A DNA stretch of 64,000 bases from Deltaproteobacteria bacterium (GTDB taxonomy: Bacteria > Desulfobacterota > GWC2-55-46 > DRQE01): contig JAJRSM010000030.1 in assembly GCA_024278765.1 (NCBI GenBank), positions 5,033-69,032 of the forward strand, read 5' to 3'. The position numbers were made by a program, and so were the translations under genes. Every line of letters starts with the position of its first letter. Position 1 is the stretch's first letter. Below the pieces are notes generated by a model that searched no databases, was not told the DNA's origin, and saw only the letters and a list, made by a program, of their open reading frames with translations. Below are positions 8,778 to 16,007 of the stretch, in pieces.

Positions 8778-9251
8778 ATGGATGAAAAAGGCCTTACACT
8801 TATAGAACTTCTTATAACAATATCTATCATAGCCATTCTTGCGGCCTCGATTGTGCCCGTCTCCAGGCTCTCTGTCAAGCGCGGCAATGAGCTGGAGTTA
8901 AAGAGAAATCTGCGTGTAATTCGCGTGGCCCTTGATAACTATAAAAAGGCCTGGGACGAGGGAAAGATAAAAAAGACAGTCGGTGAGTCCGGCTACCCTG
9001 CGACGCTAATGGTCCTTGTCGAGGGTGTTGATGACGCAAGCCCGGTAGCGTCGGGGCGTAAGCTTAAGTTCTTGAGGCGCATCCCTAGAGACCCGATGAA
9101 TAGGGATGAATTTGTAGATACATCAGAGGTCTGGGGGTTGCGTAGCTACGAGAGTGACGCCGGTAGCCCTGTCGAGGGCGAGGACGTCTTTGATATATAT
9201 TCAAGGAGTGAAGGGGTTGCCATCAATGGTACGCAATATAATAAGTGGTAG
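8778..9251 (+). CDS. gspG: GspG-like major pseudopilin (prepilin-type N-terminal cleavage/methylation domain)
   Basis: MDEKG|LTLIELLITISIIAILA has G-1 and E+5. The C-terminal part contains IPRDPMN, resembling the GspG DPWG region. Confidence 0.75.
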   Translation: MDEKGLTLIELLITISIIAILAASIVPVSRLSVKRGNELELKRNLRVIRVALDNYKKAWDEGKIKKTVGESGYPATLMVLVEGVDDASPVASGRKLKFLRRIPRDPMNRDEFVDTSEVWGLRSYESDAGSPVEGEDVFDIYSRSEGVAINGTQYNKW

Positions 9252-9636
9252 ACGGGGGGCTAGGGGTTTTACCCTGGTCGCGGGTTTTACCCTAGTAGAG
9301 CTATTAATAGTCATGTCGCTTATGGGCATACTGGCTAGCATTGCTATCCCTACCTATAACAAATCAGTGACCAGGGCCCGTGAAGCAACCCTTAGGAAGG
9401 ATCTTTATCATATGCGAGAAGCTATTGATAACTTCTATGGCGACCATGAGATCTACCCGGATAACCTTGAAGAATTAGTTGACAAGAGCTATATAAGGGT
9501 TGTCCCGGTTGATCCTCTTACAGGGAGTAGCGATAGTTGGATTGAGATACCTTCTAACGACGGTTCCGGTATCTTTGATGTCGTAAGCGGGAGCGAGAAG
9601 GCCGGCAGAAGTGGCGTGCCCTACTCCGAGTGGTGA
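9226..9636 (+). CDS. Pseudopilin / type IV pilin-like protein
   Basis: Start chosen at ATG 9226 (MVRNIISGRRGARGFTLVAG|FTLVELLIVMSLMGILA). The ORF-track start at 9154 would overlap most of the end of the upstream gene. Canonical G|FTLVE site. Confidence 0.7.
   Translation: MVRNIISGRRGARGFTLVAGFTLVELLIVMSLMGILASIAIPTYNKSVTRAREATLRKDLYHMREAIDNFYGDHEIYPDNLEELVDKSYIRVVPVDPLTGSSDSWIEIPSNDGSGIFDVVSGSEKAGRSGVPYSEW
9265..9300 (+). repeat. In-frame 18-nt tandem duplication spanning the prepilin cleavage motif
   Basis: GGTTTTACCCTGGTCGCG / GGTTTTACCCTAGTAGAG (15/18 identical), encoding GFTLVA-GFTLVE. Confidence 0.85.
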
Positions 9637-9643
9637 GGGTAAT

Positions 9644-10159
9644 ATGTACTTAGCCATTAAAAAAAAATCTGGCGCAGAGCAGGGTTTCACTTACCTGTCT
9701 TTGCTATTTATTATAGTCTTGATGGGGCTTGCCGCCTCTGTTACGGGCCAGGTCTGGAGCAAGGTGGCGCAGCGTGAGAAAGAAGCAGAACTGATCTTTA
9801 GAGGTGCTGAGATTATGCGAGCCATCGGCGGTTATTATCAGTCGAGCCCCGGGGCGAAGTCCTACCCGAAGACCTTGGAAGACTTGACGAAGGACTCTAG
9901 ATACCCCGGTACCAAGCGGTATCTGCGTCGCATATATGAAGACCCATTTACAGGTAAGGCCGACTGGGTCGCTATCGAGGTCCCGGGTGGTGCCCTTAAC
10001 GGGGTCAAGAGCCGGAGTGTGGAGAAGACCATTAAGAAGGGGAACTTCCCCTCTGAGCTGATTGGTTTTGAGGATAAAGCAACCTATAGCGGCTGGGAGT
10101 TTAAGTACGTACCTCCAAAGACCGCGAATCTGGTGAGCCCCGGCAGCACTGGCGATTAA
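9644..10159 (+). CDS. Pilin-like protein lacking Glu+5 (minor pseudopilin-like)
   Basis: ATG 9644 is preceded by GAGGGT. MYLAIKKKSGAEQG|FTYLSLLFIIVLMGLAA has a prepilin-type hydrophobic helix but S at +5. Confidence 0.6.
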   Translation: MYLAIKKKSGAEQGFTYLSLLFIIVLMGLAASVTGQVWSKVAQREKEAELIFRGAEIMRAIGGYYQSSPGAKSYPKTLEDLTKDSRYPGTKRYLRRIYEDPFTGKADWVAIEVPGGALNGVKSRSVEKTIKKGNFPSELIGFEDKATYSGWEFKYVPPKTANLVSPGSTGD

Positions 10160-10168
10160 GGATTGTAG

Positions 10169-11383
10169 ATGGCGGTATATAAGATAAAGGCGGGAACTCT
10201 GGAAGGCAAGATCCTCTATAAAGAGATCATGGCGCAGTCGCGCGGTGAGGTAGAGGCAGCTCTTGAGAAAGAAGGGCTTTACCCGATTGATATTCGGCTG
10301 AAGGGCATGGCCAAGGAGTTTCTTTCCAAGCCGCTTTCTTTTGGTGCGCCCAAAGTTAAAAGTGAAGAACTGCTTATCTTTAATCAGGGTTTTGCTACGC
10401 TCTTGCGCGCAGGGTTGCCGGTTGTCGAATCTCTGGAGACTCTGGTGCAGAGCTCCGGCGGGGCGGCTCTGGGTAAGGCACTGCGTGATGTTCTTAAGCA
10501 TGTTAAAGAAGGTAGTTCGCTCTCGGTCGCTATGGGTGCTTCGCCGGCTGTCTTTTCCAGGTTATATGTTGCAGCCATTGCTGCCGGAGAGAAGACAGGG
10601 GATCTGGTGCCTTCAATAACCGGGCATATTGAGTATCAAAAAAGGGTAGATGCCATTAGAAAGAAGATAACATCCTCTGCTATATACCCTGTTGTTCTGG
10701 CGGTTGCAAGCATCGGCGTTGTGATCTTTCTCATAACCTATGTCGTGCCTTCCTTTGCCGGTCTTTATATGGATACAGGTGCGGAACTGCCGATGCCGAC
10801 CCGTCTGCTTATTGGTTTTTCGGATCTGCTCAAGACTTATTTTCTTTTGATTATAGTCGTGATAGTTGTTTGTGTGTTGTGGTTTAAGGCCTTTGCTCGC
10901 AGCAAGCGCGGTGCTTTTATGATAGATAGCGTTAAACTGCGGATGCCGTATCTGGGTGCGATCATGAGCGGCTATGCAATGGCAAAGTTTACCAGAACTC
11001 TGGGGATGGTGCTCGCCTCTGGTGTGCCTCTTTTGGAGGGGTTAAAGATGAGTAAGGGAGTCCTTGCAAATCTTGTCTTGGAAGAAAAATTGGAGCGCAT
11101 TATAACCAATACCGAGCACGGTGGTGTTGTATCAGATTCTATGGAACGCGAGGCTTTTATGGAGCCGCTTTCGATGAGGATGTTTGCTGTTGGCGAAAGG
11201 TCGGCGAGTCTTAATGTTATACTCGGTGAGATAGCTGATTATCACGATCAGGATCTAAACCATAAGGTAGGAATCCTTACAAACTTTATAGAGCCTGCCT
11301 TGATGGTCGTAATGGGTACGATTGTGGCCGTAATAGTTGTGCTTATGTACCTGCCTATCTTCCAGATGGGAGCTAATATTTAG
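10169..11383 (+). CDS. gspF: GspF/PilC family inner-membrane platform protein
   Basis: 404 aa with duplicated GspF-type architecture and three hydrophobic segments. Ends ...LMYLPIFQMGANI, typical of the family. Confidence 0.85.
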   Translation: MAVYKIKAGTLEGKILYKEIMAQSRGEVEAALEKEGLYPIDIRLKGMAKEFLSKPLSFGAPKVKSEELLIFNQGFATLLRAGLPVVESLETLVQSSGGAALGKALRDVLKHVKEGSSLSVAMGASPAVFSRLYVAAIAAGEKTGDLVPSITGHIEYQKRVDAIRKKITSSAIYPVVLAVASIGVVIFLITYVVPSFAGLYMDTGAELPMPTRLLIGFSDLLKTYFLLIIVVIVVCVLWFKAFARSKRGAFMIDSVKLRMPYLGAIMSGYAMAKFTRTLGMVLASGVPLLEGLKMSKGVLANLVLEEKLERIITNTEHGGVVSDSMEREAFMEPLSMRMFAVGERSASLNVILGEIADYHDQDLNHKVGILTNFIEPALMVVMGTIVAVIVVLMYLPIFQMGANI

Positions 11384-11418
11384 TAATTTAACTGACTGAT
11401 TTTATTTAAGGATATATC

Positions 11419-13149
11419 ATGACAGAGGCAGAGAAGATAGCGCAGCTGCTTGTTGGCAAGGGGTACGCGGACGACACTGGAATAGAAGCCGCACTTAAGC
11501 TTGTAACGGGCGAGGGGATAGGGCTTGGAGATGCCTGTAAAAGGCTCTTGCTTGTAAGTGATGCTCAGTACCTAGAGGCCCTCTCCGAGCTCTACGGGCT
11601 TGATGTTGCAACCCTTGACGGTACACGAATAGATGATGAGTTTATGGGGGTTATCCCGCATGAACTACTGCGCCGGAATATGATCGTTCAGGTCGTGCGT
11701 GGTGACCAAAGATTTCTTGTTACCTCAAAGCCTTCTGATCTTTTCACTACCGATATGATAGAGCGGTTGCTTGAGCAAGGCGGCGTTGAGGTCGGTAGCC
11801 TAACCGTTGCCAGCAGTCGTGATATCGAGAGTTTTTTAAATAGAAATGCCTCGGATACAGGGCTTTTAAAAGACGCAGCCGATGTCTTTAATGTGTTGGA
11901 GCTTGGTGAGGTCTCGGAGCTTGCCAGGGTAGACGAGACGCTCTCGATAGATTCAATCTCCGAGGGCGCAAGCCCTGTGGTAAAGCTCGTAGATTCCATC
12001 CTCTATGATGCCGTCAGTAAACGCGCAAGTGATATCCATCTTGAGACGACGAGCAAGGGGCTTGTCGCCAAGTACCGTATTGACGGCGTTCTTTATCAGG
12101 TGATGGATACGATTGACAAGCGTTATCAGGCAAGCATTATCTCCAGGATAAAGGTCATGAGTGAGCTTGATATATCCGAGCGCAGGATTCCGCAGGACGG
12201 CAGGTTTAAGGTTAGGTTCAAGGACAAGGCAATAGATTTTCGCGTATCTATAATGCCGGGGATTAACGGTGAGGATGCGGTTATAAGGATTCTAGATAAA
12301 GAATATATCAGCGCGGAATTTAAAGAGCTAAGGCTTGAGAGTCTTGGTTTCTCAGAAAAAAATATTGTTCATCTCAGGCGTATGATAAAAGAGCCTTACG
12401 GTATGGTGCTGGTTACCGGGCCGACAGGGAGCGGAAAGACAACGACGCTTTATGCCGCCTTATCCGAGATCCACACGGGGCGCGATAAGATAATCACCAT
12501 TGAAGACCCAGTGGAGTATGAGTTGCAAGGCGTCGTGCAGATCCAGGTTAATGAAAAGAAGAACCTGACCTTCGCAACCGGGCTGCGCTCGATTCTGAGG
12601 CACGACCCGGATAAGATAATGGTCGGAGAGATAAGGGACGCAGAGACCGCGCAGATTGCGATTCAGGCTGCCCTTACCGGGCATCTGGTCTTTACGACGG
12701 TTCATGCCAATAGTGTCTTTGATGTTATCGGTCGTTTTGCCCATATGGATATCGATCCGTATAACTTTGTCTCTAGCCTTAACTGTGTTATTGCGCAAAG
12801 GCTGATCAGGCTAATCTGTAATAAATGCCGAGAGGTTGTAGAGGCTGATCCGCAGTTGCTGCTTGAGTCAAGGCTGCATTACTCCGAGTATAAAGACGTA
12901 AAGTTCTACCTGGGGACGGGCTGCGAGCATTGTCATGGTACCGGGTACAGGGGCAGGAAGGCAGTAGTAGAAATACTAGATCTTAACGATGAGATCAGGG
13001 ATATGATAGCCTCTCGCCAATCAATTACCTTGCTTAGAAAGAAGGCCGTAGGGAACGGAATGATCTCGGTCAGGCAGAGTGCGTTAGAGTCATTAAAGCT
13101 AGGGGAAACGACACTTGAAGAGATCAACAGAGTTACATTTGTGGAGTAG
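11419..13149 (+). CDS. gspE: GspE/PilB family secretion ATPase
   Basis: N-terminal GspE_N-like domain, Walker A GPTGSGKTTT, Walker B-like IMVGEIRD, and a tetracysteine motif CNKC...CEHC. Confidence 0.9.
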   Translation: MTEAEKIAQLLVGKGYADDTGIEAALKLVTGEGIGLGDACKRLLLVSDAQYLEALSELYGLDVATLDGTRIDDEFMGVIPHELLRRNMIVQVVRGDQRFLVTSKPSDLFTTDMIERLLEQGGVEVGSLTVASSRDIESFLNRNASDTGLLKDAADVFNVLELGEVSELARVDETLSIDSISEGASPVVKLVDSILYDAVSKRASDIHLETTSKGLVAKYRIDGVLYQVMDTIDKRYQASIISRIKVMSELDISERRIPQDGRFKVRFKDKAIDFRVSIMPGINGEDAVIRILDKEYISAEFKELRLESLGFSEKNIVHLRRMIKEPYGMVLVTGPTGSGKTTTLYAALSEIHTGRDKIITIEDPVEYELQGVVQIQVNEKKNLTFATGLRSILRHDPDKIMVGEIRDAETAQIAIQAALTGHLVFTTVHANSVFDVIGRFAHMDIDPYNFVSSLNCVIAQRLIRLICNKCREVVEADPQLLLESRLHYSEYKDVKFYLGTGCEHCHGTGYRGRKAVVEILDLNDEIRDMIASRQSITLLRKKAVGNGMISVRQSALESLKLGETTLEEINRVTFVE

Positions 13150-13152
13150 TTT

Positions 13153-14055
13153 ATGCTAAGTTCAGGCGGAAATATAACGGCCTTAACAATTGACTCGGAC
13201 CTGGTCTCGGTCGTTGTCGCAGAGAGTCGTGGGGGTAGATGGTATCAGACCGGTGGTAATGAACTTGCCGTTGCTGTTGACCTGAAAGATCCGGATGCGC
13301 TAAAAAGGGCGATAGCAAAGACCGTGGAAGGTGCTGGTCTGAGTGCCGGCACAGGCGGCGCGACCACAGATATAGCTGTATCTTTGAGCGACCGTTTTGC
13401 TAGTGTTGGTATCTTTACATTTAGCGACTTTCCTGAATCTGAGGATGACGCACGGGCTATCGTAGGGCTTAGAGCTAGGAAAGAATTTGCTCTAAGTGAT
13501 ATGCCGCGCCTTGATTATCAGATTCTAGACGACGCAGGTACTACAAAGGTACTGGTCGTAGCCACCGGACAGAGGTTTGTCGGTGCGATTGAAGATGGGC
13601 TTGCTGAGCGGGGAATAGATGCCGGACGTATTGGGCTTACTTCTTTTTATCTTGCAAATATGCTTACAGAAGATAAAGCCCCGTCTCACGGTAATTTTTC
13701 TGTAGCTATTGTAATCAATGGGACTATGACCTTGTTGATTTATGCTGGGGGCAACCTTGATTTTTATCGTTCTAAATCTTTCAGGGGTGAGTTTAAGAAC
13801 CTCGCTAGAGATCTGCGTATGAGCTTTGTTTCTTACGCTGGGGGCGGTAGGGACGAGATCGCAATAGGTGGTGACGAGCAATTGTTGCTCTTTACCGAGG
13901 AGTTTTCTCGTGACGAGGTGGAGGCCGCAGATGCGGTAGAGGGCGTGAAGATAAAGCTTATTAGGGCCGATGATTTTTTAGAGTCAGCAGGGGTCGCTCC
14001 GACTTCTGGTAACTCAAATATTTTACGACTTGCAGCTATTGGCGCATGTCTTTAA
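13153..14055 (+). CDS. pilM: PilM/GspL-like cytoplasmic actin-fold assembly protein
   Basis: Lies immediately after the ATPase and before a PilN-like gene. About 300 aa with no TM segment. Pattern resembles PilM (ALTIDSD..., KVLVVATG..., GLTSFYLANM). Family assignment is moderate. Confidence 0.5.
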   Translation: MLSSGGNITALTIDSDLVSVVVAESRGGRWYQTGGNELAVAVDLKDPDALKRAIAKTVEGAGLSAGTGGATTDIAVSLSDRFASVGIFTFSDFPESEDDARAIVGLRARKEFALSDMPRLDYQILDDAGTTKVLVVATGQRFVGAIEDGLAERGIDAGRIGLTSFYLANMLTEDKAPSHGNFSVAIVINGTMTLLIYAGGNLDFYRSKSFRGEFKNLARDLRMSFVSYAGGGRDEIAIGGDEQLLLFTEEFSRDEVEAADAVEGVKIKLIRADDFLESAGVAPTSGNSNILRLAAIGACL

Positions 14056-14070
14056 CCTGGTGGGTAGAGT

Positions 14071-14640
14071 TTGAATAAGATTAATATAAATTTGGCAACT
14101 AGGAAAAAAGAGCTTACTTCTGGCAAGGTTTTTATTGTCGGAGCCGTGGTGCTGGCGGTGGTGGCCTTGATTTTTAGTGCCTATAATATCTATGAGTATC
14201 GTCAGACCTCTGGTGAGCTTAAACTCTATACGGCGAGCGTCAGTAAGCTGGAGTCAAAGATTGCGCGCAGAGAGCCGGGGCTTTTAAAGAGTCTAAAGGT
14301 CAATGCCGCAACCGTGCGCGAAGAGGTCGATTTTATAAATGCCATTATCGAGAAGAAGTCTTTTTCGTGGAGCGTACTTTTAAGCGATCTGGAGAAGACC
14401 GTGCCTAAAGGCGTCTATCTTGTGTCTATTGAGCCGAATTTTGCAACGGGTGAGGTAGGTATCACAGGGGTTGCAAGAAGGCTTGACGACGCACTGGCGA
14501 TGGTAGATGCCATGGGTGCGGCAGCTCGTTTTAAGGATGTATATCTTTTGAAGCACGAGGATAAAAAAGACGCGAAAGGCAGTAGGACCAAGTTGTTTTT
14601 TAATCTAAGGGCCTCTTATACGGATGGCAAGGGACTATGA
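14071..14640 (+). CDS. pilN: PilN-like bitopic assembly protein
   Basis: TTG start. N-terminal INLATRKK followed by one TM helix, as in the PilN INLLP motif. Size and position fit. Confidence 0.55.
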   Translation: MNKININLATRKKELTSGKVFIVGAVVLAVVALIFSAYNIYEYRQTSGELKLYTASVSKLESKIARREPGLLKSLKVNAATVREEVDFINAIIEKKSFSWSVLLSDLEKTVPKGVYLVSIEPNFATGEVGITGVARRLDDALAMVDAMGAAARFKDVYLLKHEDKKDAKGSRTKLFFNLRASYTDGKGL

Positions 14641-15200
14641 TTATCTTCGGCTATAAGATAAGGGACAAGACAACACTGATCGCTCTGGTGATTGCCGCCG
14701 TGGCAGCCGTTGTTATTATCTTTAATATTGGCTTTGGCATGACCACGCAGAAGGAGCGTAGCCGTCAGTTGAGCACACTTGAGTTGCGCTCGCGTGAGCT
14801 GCGGGCTCTGGGGCATAAGGGGTTATCAAGCTCAGGTGCGGTTAGTCTTCTGGCGGCCTCAGCACGCGGCGTCCAAGAGGTAGAGGCCTTTAAAAAAGAG
14901 AGGCTCATCAGTGGTAGCGACCTCACTGAGGTTCTGGATGAGGTCTTTAAGGCTGCTCGCAAAAATGGACTAAAGATCAGATCCGCCGATTATAATCCCA
15001 TTACTATCAAGGATACGGATATCTCCAGATATGTATTTTCTTTTCCTGTTCAGGGGCGCTACGGGCAGATAAAGAAGTTTATATACGAGATCGAAAATAG
15101 TAAGCATATGCTCACGGTCGAGAGCATAACGATGCACAGCAGTAAGAAGGCGGTAGGGCGGCTCGGTGTAGATATCGTGCTTAGCGTCTATTTTATTTAG
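14637..15200 (+). CDS. pilO: PilO/GspM-like bitopic assembly protein
   Basis: ATGA overlap with the upstream gene. Single N-terminal TM helix followed by a coiled segment and an alpha/beta C-terminus. The call rests on position and architecture only. Confidence 0.45.
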   Translation: MIIFGYKIRDKTTLIALVIAAVAAVVIIFNIGFGMTTQKERSRQLSTLELRSRELRALGHKGLSSSGAVSLLAASARGVQEVEAFKKERLISGSDLTEVLDEVFKAARKNGLKIRSADYNPITIKDTDISRYVFSFPVQGRYGQIKKFIYEIENSKHMLTVESITMHSSKKAVGRLGVDIVLSVYFI

Positions 15201-15253
15201 GGTTGTAGTATTAAAGGTGCTCTCTGTGCCGACGACCAATAGGAAGTAGTATA

Positions 15254-15772
15254 TTGAATAAACGTAATCTACTTATAGTGCTGGGTGTTATCTGGATAAT
15301 TATCCTGATATATAACTTTGGTCTGTTTGGCGCAGGTACAGGCGGTGGTGAGCCCGGTGGTAAGCTTCTAAGGGGCGGGCAGGTTGCCGACGCAAAAGAC
15401 TTTCCAATGCTTAATACCGCCATGTTGCAGAAAAAGCATACTGCCTTTAAGAAGGCAGGTAAGGATATCTTCAGCCCCTTCTCTGGCGTGGCAAAGAATG
15501 GGCCTGCTGCTGTAGTGCCGTCGTCTTTGCCTGTTGCCGTAACAGGGGCTGATTCGCTAGATCAGCTCGTATCTGAGCTGAGTTTTATAGGGTTTATGGA
15601 GAATGCAAGAGAAAAGACGATATTCCTTGGTATGGGCGATGATCTTTTACTGGTGAAAAAAGGCACATCCATAAAAGGGCTTGTGAGGGTGCAGTCAATC
15701 ACCGATACCAGGATGACGCTGATTGGTATGGGTGGGGAGTTCGATAGGAGTTTTGAGGTAAGACTGGAGTAG
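15254..15772 (+). CDS. Small membrane-anchored protein, last gene of the secretion operon (PilP/GspC-like by position)
   Basis: TTG start, one N-terminal TM helix, Gly/Pro-rich linker, beta-rich C-terminus. No diagnostic motif recognised. Confidence 0.4.
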   Translation: MNKRNLLIVLGVIWIIILIYNFGLFGAGTGGGEPGGKLLRGGQVADAKDFPMLNTAMLQKKHTAFKKAGKDIFSPFSGVAKNGPAAVVPSSLPVAVTGADSLDQLVSELSFIGFMENAREKTIFLGMGDDLLLVKKGTSIKGLVRVQSITDTRMTLIGMGGEFDRSFEVRLE

Positions 15773-15868
15773 TTGAAAAGGCAGTTAAAGACCCGGTCTG
15801 TCTTCTTTAAGTTCTTAATATAATTGAATTTTTTTTGGTTTTTTGATATAATAATATTATACGTGTAG

Positions 15869-15906
15869 TAATGGTCTATTGGCGTGTTGAGTCCGGTAGG
15901 CCATTA
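15869..15906 (+). other. 14-bp inverted repeat / RNA hairpin with + strand-specific G-U pairs
   Basis: TAATGGTCTATTGG - 10 nt - CCGGTAGGCCATTA. There are 11 Watson-Crick pairs plus 3 G-U pairs if transcribed from the + strand (A-C mismatches on the - strand). Confidence 0.5.
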
Positions 15907-15912
15907 TCTGTG

Positions 15913-15942
15913 TTTACATTTCTTGATTAATTGTAGTATAAT
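15913..15942 (+). promoter_or_regulatory. Candidate sigma-70 promoter upstream of the multiheme cytochrome gene
   Basis: TTTACA (15913-15918), 18-nt spacer, TATAAT (15937-15942). Confidence 0.35.
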
Positions 15943-16007
15943 TTTTTTATTGATTTTAAGTAGTTGCACTGGGTATACTTTTTGTAGTGATTAAGGAGTG
16001 GGGCTGA

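Noticed and set aside
9659-9667. A8-A9 homopolymer tracts as phase-variation switches (also 549-556, 20080-20088, 36293-36301, 39226-39233, 43715-43722)
   Set aside because: All of them encode in-frame Lys runs (AAA codons) in intact ORFs. There is no frameshifted copy or truncated gene in the window. Such tracts are expected given the AAA-rich Lys codon usage.
9704-10501. 265-aa ORF on the - strand
   Set aside because: It lies entirely antisense to the well-supported pilin-like and GspF genes. It has no recognisable motif, an R/L/G/P-rich composition typical of antisense frames in coding DNA, and no RBS context.
11419-11640. MshEN-type c-di-GMP-binding motif in the N-terminus of the GspE-like ATPase
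   Set aside because: KIAQLLVGKGYADDTGIEAALKLV matches the spacing of hydrophobic positions but lacks the key R, G and Q of the RLGxx(L/V/I)(L/V/I)xxG...Q motif. That is too weak to claim.
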